A stretch of DNA of 63,886 nt, filler included, from Octopus bimaculoides (GCF_001194135.2; 8 parts of 8 records of this genome joined end to end with filler, not necessarily neighbours in it), one strand, 5' to 3'; shown: positions 50,706 to 63,640, counted from the first letter of the whole stretch. A program made the numbers and translations. The notes: generated by a model not told the origin, from the sequence alone.

Positions 50706-50909
50706 AATGTATATATATGTACGTGTATGTGCATATATAGATATGTATGTATACATGTACATATCTGTATATGTGTATGTATATTTATATATATGTGTAT
50801 ACATATATANNNNNNNNNNNNNNNNNNNNNNNNNNNNNNNNNNNNNNNNNNNNTTAATTAATTAANNNNNNNNNNNNNNNNNNNNNNNNNNNNNNNNNNN
50901 NNNNNNNNN

Positions 50910-50953
<44 letters not shown>

Positions 50954-50955
50954 TT

Positions 50956-51885
50956 ATATTTAAATAAGAGGAAGAACCATCAAGGTGACTCCCTAATATG
51001 CTAGAAATAGACGCCAAATCGTTTTATCACGAAGAATATGTTCTTAAAGTTAGCATACGCTAGATATTTGCGTTGCGAGCAAGACAAGCGAAAGGAAGCA
51101 AATGAAAGCAGTTAATTGCATAACATAAGATTTCGCTATTAATAATTAATTAAATAATTACCTGTAGCAAGACGCATAAACAACGGAATTAAATACCAAT
51201 CGCCTTTTTGTTAGAGCCCATGCCTATAGCGTTCCACCAATTATGCATCGAAATATCCATCCAAATGCCACTTTAGTGGTTCTTCCTCTTATTTATATAT
51301 TTAAATATGATTTAAGGTCATCGGACTGTTGTTAAATGTGCTGGCCACTGGTTTAAATTATTATTATTTGATAATATTAATTTCCACCCTCATTATTTGA
51401 ATTTTAAATAGTCATGTTCTCAAGCCAGAAAATTCGCTGCAGAGCTTATTATGGCGAGCTAGTATGAAGTCATTTGGATGGCTATTTCGATGCGTAACTG
51501 GCGGAACTCTGTCAAAGAGGCGATTGGTATCTAGTTCCATTGATTATGTGTCTGTGGTGACCTCTCCGACGAGCAACAAATAATTATGTATTTAGTTATT
51601 AATAACGAAATGTTAAGGTATGAGATTAACTGATTTCTTTTGTTTCCTTTCATTTGTCTTGTTCGCAAACATCATGCGTATGCTAATTTTTGAGAACATA
51701 TTTTCATATTCCCCGTGGTAAGACGATTTGGCGTCTATTTCTAGCATATTGGGAAGCCACCTTGATGGTTCCTCTTATTTAAATATTTAAATATAATTCA
51801 TAGTCCTAGGACAGTTGTTAAGTATGCTGGCCACTGGTTTAAAATAGTATTATTTAATAATATTAATTTTTACTCGCATTATATA
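50956..51885. repeat. Inverted repeat (about 320-bp arms, 50956-51272 and 51468-51786) plus direct repeat (51277-51400 and 51764-51885)
   Basis: For example atatgctagaaatagacgccaaatcg vs cgatttggcgtctatttctagcatat; tgctggccactggttt present twice in direct orientation. Confidence 0.9.
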
Positions 51886-51952
51886 AATTAGGTGGTGCTA
51901 TAGCACGGCTGCAGTCTAATGACTGAAACAAGTAAAAAATAAAAGATAATAT

Positions 51953-52918
51953 AGGCGTACGAGTGGCTGTGTGGTAAGCTGCTTGCTTACTTCGGCGCAT
52001 GCGTCGTTAGTTGGTTTGTTGCTTCCAGAGTGAAAGGATGTGAGTTTTTTGGCTCCCGTTAATTGAAAGAAAAAAGACAAAAAGGAAGTCGTCAAGGTAG
52101 GTCGTTTTTTTGTTCTTCGAGCTGGGTGGGAATTTATTGTGTTTTCTCTTTTTTCTAGTAAATTTCTGCCTAGCTCTGGGGCAATTTCGTCTGCCTTTGG
52201 CGACTTTAAATTGCTGCTCGCTTTAGCGACCAAAGATATTCTGTTTCTCGTTCGTCATTATTGGTAGATTAGTTTTCGTCGCCATAACAGCGGACTGAGA
52301 ATTTTTTTGTGAAAACTTTTTTGTGCCTCACTTAATTGTGAGAATTGTTGTTTTTGTGGGCGTTTCTCGCCTCCAAAGAATAGTGTAAGTTTTTCCACCA
52401 ATTTTTGTGGAAGCTGTGTTCCGGTTGCCGTGTTCCAGTTGCTATTTTGGAGTACCAGTTGGCCTGGAGTACCGAGTGGCCAGAAGATTTGTGCCTGCTG
52501 TGTTTTAGAACTGTTTTCCTTTTTGTGACTTTCATTTTTAATTGTTTACTCGAACTGTTTCCTTCCCTTCTTCTGTAACTTCGTTTTTAAAACTGTTTTG
52601 TTTTCATTCTTCCTTTTTTGTGACTTTCATTTTCTTTTTTCTTGAACTGCTTTCCTGCCTTTTTTGTGACTTTTGGCTGAAGACAATGTGTTGGAGTGGT
52701 AGACTGTCCCACCTAAAGAGTGGGTGAAGGATTTGGAGGAGAGGACTGTGGTGTTGAGGACATATTCCAAGTCGCTCGACACCATCGTCCTCTTCAATAA
52801 AATTGATATCGAAAAGAAGTTGGCGAAGTACACGCCAACTATAAAGTTTATTTCCGGCATGGCCGCAGTAAAATGACTGAAACAAATGAAAGAATAAAAG
52901 AATAAAAGAATATAAAAC
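51953..52918 (+). mobile_element. Composite retroposon: family A head + about 880 bp unknown + family A tail
   Basis: ggcgtacgagtggctgtgtggtaagctgcttgcttac|unknown...|gcatggccgcagtaaaatgactgaaacaaatgaaagaataaaagaataaaaga. Confidence 0.7.
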
Positions 52919-53470
52919 TATAAACACACGCACAAGCATTTGTTACACAATCATTTGTCATTTCGCATNNNNNNNNNNNNNNNNNNNNNNNNNNNNNNNN
53001 NNNNNNNNNNNNTTAATTAATTAANNNNNNNNNNNNNNNNNNNNNNNNNNNNNNNNNNNNNNNNNNNNCGCGAGAGAGAGAAAAAAGAGATGGCGCACGC
53101 AAGAAACAAGGAGAAGAAATTTTGATGGAATAAGTGAAAGGCAGAGAAGACAAATGTTGATTCTGCTCATCAATCTGATTATCTTTGGTAAAGAACACAA
53201 TCATAATTGTATGATGTAACGTATTCTTTGTTATTGAGATTTTCTTTCACGCTGCATAAGCTCCATCACCGTACAATCACTTCAAAACTTAAGCATCTCG
53301 ACATTCGCCCCCGTTTTTGCTGTTTGTTTTGCGTACGTTACCTGTTGGTTGCTGCTTATTCTATGTATATTTTTTCTTATTTGTTTATTTTTATCATTTT
53401 CTTTGGCTCATTTGTTGACTATTTTTTTGTTTTCCATATATATGTGTGCATGTGTGTGTCTGTGTGTATG

Positions 53471-53502
<32 letters not shown>

Positions 53503-54485
53503 CTCACACACATATATATATGGATGTATGCGTATATGTATGTATGTGTGTATGTATGTGTCTCTTCTATTTTTTTATTATTTTAAATCTTCCACTCAGA
53601 AGTGAGCCGGTTTCCAACAAAGATACAAGGTTCCATCTTTGAGATATAGTTAACACAGACAAATTCACATTTGGAACTTGAGAAAAATCTTGCATATTTT
53701 TACTGTGACTGTTGCTTAAATCTAATCGAAACTGGTCAAAATTTGTAACTGCACATTTCACGTGGCTGACAATATGTGCATCTCTGATCATGAGCAGGAG
53801 TAGTGGAGAATAATAGACATGTGTTGAGAAGGATTCTCTTGGGTTTGAAAAAATGTAGCAAAAGTAAAGTTCGAAGGAAATATTAGAAATTTTTCATACT
53901 TTCTTGGGGTTAGCAAATAGGAAAAACTTTCAAATTCACTGGAATGATCATTGAAAGAAAGTTCAAGTCGAGATTTTGAGGTCGATTTGATCAATTAAAA
54001 TTCTTGACTAGTGTTCCAGCATGGTCGAAAACGGAATCTGGTAAAAAAAAATGTAAAAATAACTCATCACTAAAAGAGAATTTGTTCGATGCATCGTTTT
54101 GCCGATCATCGCCTCCTGGGACTGTATCTGTAACGATAAATCACAGAAAGTATAGAAAGTAATGTTCTCTGCAGTAGAGAAATATCATTACGCACACAAA
54201 CACATGTTGTGTATGTGTGTGTACAGATTCAATTTCATCCTGTGATAAGTGTCGTTTGCAATCAATAAACCTGTTAAAGACATACTAATTGAGAAAAGGC
54301 GTAGATGTTTACTCTGCAGAATTTGATACTTTACAAAGGGTAAGTGAAAATACATTAATTATCATGTTTATGCTGTTTGATTCAAGTACTACCTCACATT
54401 ACTTCAATACATATTTGACTAAAGACAGTTCGCAGTTCTTGACATTCAGTTTAAGAATGTTTATTTAGTATTGTTAAATGTATAT

Positions 54486-54705
54486 TGAAGGCGACAAGCC
54501 GACAGGATCTTTAGCTCGCTAGACAAAATGCTTAGCGATACGTCTTCCTGCTTAGCTTTTTGAGTTCAAATTTGCCTTTCATTCTTTTGGGATGGATAAA
54601 ATAATAAGTACGATTTGAATACTATTGGTGACATAATCGACTTATTTTCTGATCCGAAATTGCTGACTGTCTTCCAAAATTTGAAACTAATATTATTATT
54701 GTTTT
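54486..54705 (+). mobile_element. Degenerate family B SINE
   Basis: aaggcgacaagccg...caaaatgcttagcg...gagttcaaatttgcctttcattc. Confidence 0.65.
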
Positions 54706-55114
54706 CGTTGGTTCTAACGAGTGAAGACATATCCTTCGATCTTTTATACTTAGTTTTGGGATTTATACGTTTTCCTATGAGTATTTATTTCTTTAGAAAC
54801 TGGCTATCGTTTTTAACATGTTCGTATCAAGTAAAGCTATTATGTCCTGTTTTTCATAAATAATTTTCATTGATGTTCTTATATTTAAGTTCAACTTCAT
54901 CCATAATGACATCGAATCACACACACACATACAAAAAAAAAAAAAAACAATGACAAAACGCCTATCATTTGGAATTAAGTTTGTTATAAGCTCTAGGAAT
55001 CATAAAACCTGAGAATACCCCACTTTCCATTGCGTTTAAGCGACAGAGTCTAAAATCCTCCCCGACTTCTGGACGGGTTCTCGATTTATCGCATGGCTAA
55101 CGTCCACATATTGT

Positions 55115-55255
55115 TGAAACTCATTTGCAGCTGACTGGACTGGAGCGACGTGAAGGAATGCTTTGCGCAAAAGCACAACCCTACAATCCAGAAATCGAAA
55201 TCATGACCTCAGAATTGAGCTTGTTCCGCCCCTAATAACATACCCTCGCGACTCC
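55115..55255 (-). mobile_element. Degenerate family D SINE head/CORE
   Basis: gcagctgactggactggagcgacgtgaagg...gaaatcgaaatcatgacc. Confidence 0.6.
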
Positions 55256-55861
55256 ACCAATACATATCGAAGCAGAAAAAAAATGCAATTCTGACCCTAG
55301 GTAGCAGAATAAACTCAGCGCATGTTCTACAACAATTCACACATGTCTTAACATGTCGAAAATTTTGCTTTTTCGTAGAGATAATCTAGGGATTCACAGA
55401 ATTCACTCGGCGACGACAGCAATAATGCTAGAATTCACATTCAATAAACCGCGACGGCAAATAAATTGAAATTAATTTTGACGAGTTGCCTCCCCTTTGA
55501 AATCCGAAACGAATTAGTCGCAGAACTGAGTTGAAAAGAACTGCGTCTATCTGATCAAAGAATACTTTAAGAATCATACAAGAGAGAAACGGATTTTACT
55601 TTGTTCTACAATGGAGGAGCGGTGTCTTTTCTATATTTTTAATGATCAAATTTAAGGAGAAGCTCTTAGCTATTTCGGCGTGTGCCTCTTACATAAAAAC
55701 AGGGAAACCCTATGGCACCGTCTGCTTGAGTTTCAACATTGCAGGCATGCAGAAATTGAACGCGATACTCCCGCCCTTAAGCATTGAGCACCAATATGTG
55801 AGGTTGCGCAATACAACAATAGCAATTAATACTGACTCTTGACTCGTTCTTCTTTTTGTAG

Positions 55862-55911
55862 AGGGGATATGGGCGAGCGACGAGTGCACAACTGGCGAGA
55901 AATGATTTATG
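55862..55911 (+). CDS. Candidate short exon containing ATG
   Basis: gttcttctttttgtag| acceptor, tatg|gtatgg donor; MGERRVHNWREMIY in one frame. Confidence 0.3.
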
Positions 55912-56217
55912 GTATGGTGGTGTTAGCATCGACACACAAGTTCATATGTCTTCTCAGGACCACAAAGGCATTCTAGAGTTGTGTCCCATTGTAGGTGTTG
56001 TGTCTAGGAGTATACAGCTGATACAAAAGGAGAGGAGGCCAGTTATTACACTCGTGAATGTGGGCCTTCATACGCTTGATAGAGAAACAGAAATATATTC
56101 AACAGGGTACAGAAACCGTTCTTCCGGAAACATCACCTGTCATACGTCCGATTATAAAGACGAAGATGACCGAAAAATATGGCTCGTTCTTGGTCCCGTA
56201 TGCAAACGATAATGAGG

Positions 56218-56280
<63 letters not shown>

Positions 56281-57393
56281 TGTCAGTGTGTAGAGTTTCG
56301 AAGAAACCTGTCTCTGTCTCCATCTCAAAGGGCGCCAATGACAAAACCCCACCGCTAAGCAGTATTACGCCACCACCATGGGAAGATGGTGATGAAACGT
56401 AGCTCGAAGGAGACTGGAAGATCGTTGTGCGGTATAAATGAAATAATACATGATAAAAAATACGTACATAAATTAGACATATACGTTGCAAAAAGCTTTT
56501 ATGAAACAGGAGTAAAAGCCTGAACTATAATAGTCATAGTTTTACGATTATCAGAAATAATATAAAGAAAGTGCTCAAATCCTTCCTATTTAAAGTTAGA
56601 TACCATTTTGAAAGTGTTTCTTTTTTATCGATTTTCATTCAAAATACAAAAGACGCAAATGTAAATAACTAAGCAAATACCTGAAACAACGCATTTGAAA
56701 CCAAAATCTACCTTTCTTATTTTATTTTCTTAACATTTTTGTTTTCATCAATTACTTTTAGTGAATGTTTCCTAAAACACCTCGTGGTTATACTTAATTT
56801 GCCAGTTAATTAAAAGAAAAAGAAAATTGTATATCTTCTGTTCATTGAGTATTATCATAGAAAGCTAAATTTGGTATTCTAATAAAATCTTTTCTTATTT
56901 CAGTTGCCTTATATTATAGGAAAATGAAAGAAAAAAGAAATTTTGTGTGTTTATACAAAACTAAAATGGCGACTGAATTACCATTGTCCTTTTTTTCTCT
57001 CCTTTTTGCTCATTTAAATTTTCTCGTTTTATGTCTATTATTTTATTTTTCTCTCAGTCAACTGCAATATTACCCAGCTTGCCTATGGCTAAATCTTTAT
57101 TAAGAAGAATCTTTTTTAAAAATCGCAAAGAAATACAAATAAAATATTGTTTGATCAGTTTCTTTCTGGAATAAACATTGAGGTTTAGGTTAATTTTCTT
57201 TTAATTCACCAGTAGAGAATATCTTCACGATTATTCAGTAATATTTTCTCTATTTTACAAGCCGATTCCTCCGTTATTATATTAATGGAACTAGCCGTTT
57301 CATTTGTTTTATATTTGGCATGTAGTCCATTTATTTTCAGAACCTCTAAATGCACCAAAGTCGACGGATATAAATAATCATTGAAAGACTCAC

Positions 57394-57424
57394 GTAAACT
57401 AATGTACAGGATTAACAGAAATCT
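57394..57424 (-). CDS. Candidate 31-nt micro-exon (phase 0 to 1)
   Basis: tttccttgttactag| acceptor, ttac|gtgagt donor; RFLLILYISL. Confidence 0.2.
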
Positions 57425-58199
57425 CTAGTAACAAGGAAAGTAAATATTTATTAATGGATTAGCTATTTCTTTATTCTGTTACTCATTTCGTCTATGTAAC
57501 AACAATAATACTGCCTTCAAAATTTCTTAATCGATTTGATCGACCCCATCACTTGTTCTATTCTGCTGCTTGCTTTATTGATTTCTATTTATCGAATAGC
57601 TGTTAGCATTTTTTTTTTATATAAAGGATCGCCACTCGACATATCGGTAAACACACGCACTTATGAGTACATGTCTTTAACCAATGGACTAAGAAGACAA
57701 GTCATCGATTCAATACATTGAGATGTAGAATACATTTCTCTCTCTCTCTCTCTCCTCCTCTCTCTCACCGCTCTGTAAAATATGATTTCGGGTTCTGTCC
57801 CATTGCGCGGTACTATGATCTTCTACTATGGTTCTGTGGTTGACTGATGCATTGTGAGTGAAATTGGTTGAGGGAAACTGCGGAGACCCCGTTTTAGCGG
57901 TTCATTTAATATTTTATTATTCGATTTGTTTTTTTCTTTTCTTTTGAACGGAGTAAGGTGTACTTTGGATGTTGATTTAGTTGCTGTCTTAACTTCGTTA
58001 CATGACTGATGTGTGTACTTTGATGAAAATTTGGTTTGATTTCGGCGTGAAAATTAGGCTTTATATGTAGGATCCGTCTGTCAATTTTGACCCTGTATCA
58101 GCATATATTTGTGCAACCCTGGGCAAGAATTTTTACAGGAAGAGTGGCAGATTCTTGTGCATATATGCCACTTCTCTTCCCAACACCAATATTTATCCC

Positions 58200-58480
58200 C
58201 GCCAAAAAAACATTGTCGAATTCGGCGAAATCAGCTTGGCACCAGTGTTTTTTCAGGTGCTGCTGTCAGTGTGCAGATCCAGAACAAATACTGCAAAGTA
58301 TATTTCCCGACTTACTAATAGTCCTACCAATGCTGCACTTTGATATAATGCCACTTTTTTTAATTGAGCCTGAGAAGATGCAAGGCAGATTTGACATCTG
58401 CTGTATTCCAGGTTCGCGCGCAGAATTAAATATTTCTAGCTGAATGGAGACTCTGTTTGAATTAAGCATCAACCTTTATT
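58200..58480 (-). mobile_element. Possible ancient LINE RT C-terminal relic
   Basis: LILRANLEYSRCQICLASSQAQLKKVALYQSAAL loosely resembles the R..LEY....W......LE.VQ..A motif of CR1/L2/I-group elements. Confidence 0.3.
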
Positions 58481-58784
58481 TCGTTTTGGTCTCAATTTAT
58501 CAGCAATTATTTAATATTATACACGCACCACAATTCTTTCATTAAACGCTTAGACAGATTTTTATACAGTTTAGTTGTTGTTAATATTCTGATATCAATT
58601 TATCAGCAGATTTTTCTTGTAACACTCCTTTAATTAAAAGACATTAGAAATTAATGTAATTATATATATATATATATATATAATNNNNNNNNNNNNNNNN
58701 NNNNNNNNNNNNNNNNNNNNNNNNNNNNTTAATTAATTAANNNNNNNNNNNNNNNNNNNNNNNNNNNNNNNNNNNNNNNNNNNN

Positions 58785-58816
<32 letters not shown>

Positions 58817-59118
58817 AAATCTCTGAACAAGGTATAAACAGTAACTGCACAACAACGTGAAGTATATTTGCCACTTAAATGAGGCTAAACCCTAAGAGTG
58901 AATGCTATTGTAGCTTGTAGCCCCAGGAGAACATCTCCTCCAGCTGGCTATTGACACACTTTCTGTGCCTTGTTGGTATTTGCAGAGGGAAGTCATCCTT
59001 CCCATCGTCGATCTGACGTGATACGCACAGACTCGGGTTTCTGGGTATTTACCCTTCGTCAGCATACGACAATCACTGATCTTCGATGCGAAGGGCTCCC
59101 AATGCAAATACATATATA

Positions 59119-59248
59119 TTTTTCCAGTGACGAAAATTCACCGATCATTGTCACGTTGTCGTGCAGTTACTGTTTATACCTTGTTCAGAGATTTAACATT
59201 GCTTCTTTACACTTTTTCGAGATCAGTGAATTTTCGTCACTGGAAAAA
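59119..59248. repeat. 130-bp MITE-like hairpin with 28-bp inverted ends
   Basis: tttttccagtgacgaaaattcaccgatc / gatcagtgaattttcgtcactggaaaaa (1 mismatch). Confidence 0.88.
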
Positions 59249-59890
59249 GTCACAAGTAAAATTAAATTTAATCAAGTTAAGTTAAAAAAAATTAATAGAC
59301 TAGCAGAACCTGTGAACGTTTCATGGATTTAATGGTAAACCCATTGGGTCATTTCTGAAACTTTATCCAAAAAACCTGAAAGCGTAACCTATGTTGTGTT
59401 TGTGTCAAAAGACAGATGCTCATCTGGTACTCATTGAGAAGTAAAGGAAATTGGAATGTGATGATTAATTAATGCACTTTATATATACATTTTATATAGT
59501 TTATGCACAATTTTATAGACTTAATGCACAGCACTCATAAAATAAATATTCACTCTTATTTTTCCATTTTTCACATAAACAAAATAAAAATTACATTTTA
59601 AAATTTACATTGTCACAATTTCATACCTAGAAAACAAAAACTTTATAATAAAAAAAATTATTTTAGATGTAAAATATAAGGATCACCATTTCATGGGGAT
59701 AAAAATTTAATGCAACATGACATACTCTGAAAACCACATCGTTGGTAACATATAAGCCAAGACGATAAGTCAGAACCAATACATATTTTGATTTGTGTAC
59801 ACCTTTCAATTCACCACCACCTCTGCCAGCACCAGCACCAGCACCACCACCTCCACCACCACCACCACCACCACCATCATCATCATCACC

Positions 59891-59929
<39 letters not shown>

Positions 59930-60677
59930 CTTTAACCTCACCATCAGAACATCACCCCTCTGCTAAAGTTATATGCCTAACTCTCTTCCTCTATATCACT
60001 ACCTTCAACTAACTTTTTTAACCACATAATAAATATTGTATTCCCACTGCCTCACATCATGGACAGTCCTCTCTCCCTATTTTTCTCTCTCCTCTCTTTC
60101 TTTTACTCTCTCTATCTTTTTCTCTCTCCCTGTTTTCTTCCTCCCTGTTTTTCCCTTGCTCTTCAACTTTCCCTTCAACTAACCATGTGAAAGTGGTACG
60201 GACGGGCTAAGTAACAGAGTGACAAGCAGAATTATTATAAGATGGTGTAACAAGATGTAGATAGCTGAGGACAGACTTATTTCAACTTGTCTGTGCATAT
60301 CCCCAGTAATACACACATGCACGCACACGCATGCACATATATGTATACACATACACACACATACATATATATACACAGACACACATTATATATATACATA
60401 CATACACATACATGTATATATACATATGCACAAATACACACACACATACACAAATACACACAAACACACACACACACACACACACACACATAATACAAGA
60501 CCTGTACTGAAGAAGCTTAACACAGAATGTGCATATAATTTGTGAACAGTAGGTTGTTGAAATGAACCTGCAGTTACCTTCAAATATGAAAAGTAATATG
60601 TATATTCTATTGCACACATACACACATATATCTCTTTCTCTTACACTCTCCTGTCTTAGAAAGAACTTTTTCTTCAC

Positions 60678-60779
60678 CCATTCCCTTCTGGTCATTTCAA
60701 AATGTAACCACTTGCGGATTGTTGGCAATTTTATTCCTCTGTCTTCCTTTTCTCTTGGACTTTCCTCAATCTCCTGTTT
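60678..60779 (-). CDS. Candidate coding exon (102 nt, phase 0-0)
   Basis: gttctttgttag| acceptor, weaker atgg|gtgaag donor; KQEIEESPREKEDRGIKLPTIRKWLHFEMTRREW. Confidence 0.25.
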
Positions 60780-61191
60780 CTAACAAAGAACTTTGCTCGA
60801 AACATAAAACTACCTTTCTTTCTTTGAGCATCTGCTAATACTTTGCATATACCACGTGCTTGCATAGTTGTTTTTTTCTTGTTGTGTTTGTTCTTTGTTT
60901 CTTGGATTTACTATATATATATATATATATATATATANNNNNNNNNNNNNNNNNNNNNNNNNNNNNNNNNNNNNNNNNNNNNNNNNNNNNNNNNNNNNNN
61001 NNNNNNNNNNNNNNNNNNNNNNNNNNNNNNNNNNNNNNNNNNNNNNNNNNNNNNNNNNNNNNNNNNNNNNNNNNNNNNNNNNNNNNNNNNNNNNNNNNNN
61101 NNNNNNNNNATATATATGTATATATATATATATATATATAAATATATATATATGTATATAGATAGATAGATGTTTGTGTGTCTATATTCCT

Positions 61192-61275
61192 GTAACTTAG
61201 CAGTTTAGCAAAAGAGAATGATAGAATAAGTACTAGGCTTACAAAGAATAAGTCTTGGGATCGATTTGTTCAACC
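61192..61275 (+). mobile_element. Family A SINE 3' fragment interrupted by an RTE
   Basis: gatagaataagtactaggcttacaaagaataagtcttgggatcgatttgttcaac. Confidence 0.8.
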
Positions 61276-61279
61276 CTAG

Positions 61280-62097
61280 AAGAACAACTTCTCATAGCTT
61301 CTCATACCTTGGGAGTATTCTTTTGAAGACCCTCACATGTGAAAAAGACTTGGAGAACCAGATCAGAGCGGCCCACTCTGCTTTTGGTAGACTCAGCCAA
61401 TGTGTATTCTTCAATCATGCACTGACCATCCAGACAAAGATCATAGTCTTCCATGTTATTGTCCTGTCAACCCTTCTCTACACTTGTGCGATTTGGATGC
61501 TGTACTGCCATGACTTTAAGCACCTTGAATGCTTCCAGCAATCTAAGATACAACAGATCCTCAATATTCGATGGGAAGATCATACTAACAACAATGAGGT
61601 TCTTTGCCATGCCCACCACCAAGCGTTGAAGCCACCATTCTTCACCATCATCTCCACTGGGTAGGGCATGTCTAGCATATGGAGCCCTCTCGTCTCCCGA
61701 GGATCATGCTCTACAGAGAACTTGCAATCAGAACAAGACCCAGAGGAGGTCTGAAATTCTGTTTTAAAGACCAGTACAGACAGACACTGGCTCAACCTAA
61801 CATCCAGCCATCCTCATGGGAACAGATTGCCATGGATAGGACAGCCTGGAGGACTACTATCCGCAATGGAGACAGCTCCTTCAAGCAGAGCAGACAACAG
61901 AATGAGGAGGTAAAACGCAGGAGAAGTAAGGAGGATCTTTAACATCCTCGACCCGAACCGACCATTCTGTGCGAATTCCCCATGACTCTTTCACCATCGA
62001 TTTGGACTCCAAAGTCACATTCGGCACAAACATCTGCTGAGGAGACTAGATGGAGACTGATGAATGCAATGTTCGGATACGAGCTCAAGCTGATGAT
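61280..62097 (+). mobile_element. RTE-clade (BovB-like) LINE 3' fragment, decayed
   Basis: FSYLGSIL...RAAHSAFGRL...VLSTLLYTC..W...ILNIRWED...RLPRIMLY.EL..RPRGG...KDQ...WEQIAMDRTAWR, C-terminal zinc-finger remnant LFHHRFGLQSHIRHKH. Confidence 0.93.
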
Positions 62098-62189
62098 ATA
62101 TATGTGTGTGTGTGTGTGTGTGTATACACATACACATATATGTGTATATACATATATATATGTATATGCACCTACATATATAAGTATAT

Positions 62190-62577
62190 ATACATATAGG
62201 CAGGGGACCAAAGACTCGAGGTATTTCGTGTTGCAAGACAGTGTAGGAGAGAGAATAGTGATGTTGTAGGAGAGAAATGTGTTCGCATGGATGATGGTAC
62301 GCTTGCATTAAATGAGGATGCAAAGAAAGAGGTCTGGAGATGCCACTACGATAGATCGCTTAATAAAGAGAATGAATGGGAGAAAGAGAGCCTGCCGTAT
62401 GTCGACCCAATAGAGGGACCAGCTATCCGAGTTGATAGTACCAGGGTAGATAAAGCAATTAAGAGTATGAAGACCGGGAAAGCCCCCGGCCCATCAGGAA
62501 TCACTGCAGAGATGCTCAAAATATCTGGCAGTGTTGGCTATAGCCTAGTCACCCGTATTACGAACCAGGTGATACAC
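62190..62577 (+). mobile_element. RTE/RTE-X LINE fragment (region N-terminal to the RT core), truncated by a gap
   Basis: KKEVWRCHYDRSLNKENEW...VDKAIKSMKTGKAPGPSGITAEMLK. Confidence 0.88.
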
Positions 62578-62679
62578 NNNNNNNNNNNNNNNNNNNNNNN
62601 NNNNNNNNNNNNNNNNNNNNNTTAATTAATTAANNNNNNNNNNNNNNNNNNNNNNNNNNNNNNNNNNNNNNNNNNNNAC

Positions 62680-62842
62680 GATGGGTTTCTTTCAGTTTCT
62701 GTCTACCAAATCCACTCGCAAGGCTTTAGTCGGTCCTAGGCTATAGTAGAAGACACTTCCCCAAGTTGTCACGCAATGGGACTGAACCCGGAACCATGTG
62801 GTTAGGAAGCAAGTTTCTTACCACATAGTCATACCTGCGCCT
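62680..62842 (-). mobile_element. Family A SINE 5' half
   Basis: tttcagtttctgtctaccaaatccactc...ggactgaacccggaaccatgtgg...cttaccacatagtcatacctgcgcct. Confidence 0.9.
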
Positions 62843-63640
62843 ATACGTATGTTTGCATGTATGTACGTGTGCATGTATGCCTGTCTGTATATATGTATGT
62901 GTGTAAGTATGTATGTATGTATGTATGTATGTAGATATTAAAACAAATAATTTTAGATAAATTTAAACCTCTTGACCATCTCCATACAAACACACACATA
63001 TATATATACATATATGCATATATATGTGTATATATATATATAAAATGCATATGTACACACACACATATGCATACACGCACTCATACATACATACATACTT
63101 GCACACAAACACACATACATACACACATATACATACATACACACACATACATACATGCAGACAGACAGACAGACATGCATACGTACATACATGCNNNNNN
63201 NNNNCATACATACATGCAGACAGACAGACAGACATGCATACGTACATACATGCAAGCACATATATACTTACATACACACACACATACATACACATTCTTA
63301 TACGACTGCTACTGTTGAGTTTAGAGCTCCATGTAGTTTATCATCATCCAGTTTGCTTCCATTATAGTGGCTAAGTTACTACTTTACTTTGTAGTATTAC
63401 TAGCTATGATACACAGAGCAAATGTAGGAGAAATTACGATAAACGCAAGTTTATAGTATTTGTTCCTACGTACGTTTCACTGTTGTGGTTGTTTGGAACT
63501 CTGCATTGGATGTTCCATGTTCAATTGGATGCTTAACTACAACGGATCATCGGGGAACATTTTATTGCATTATGTTACAGAGAGCTTCTATATATGTATG
63601 TACATATAAATGTATGTATATGTGTCAGTGATCATTCTTT

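Noticed and set aside
58087-58443. 118-aa plus-strand ORF
   Set aside because: No domain recognised; it is better explained, weakly, as the antisense of a LINE relic.
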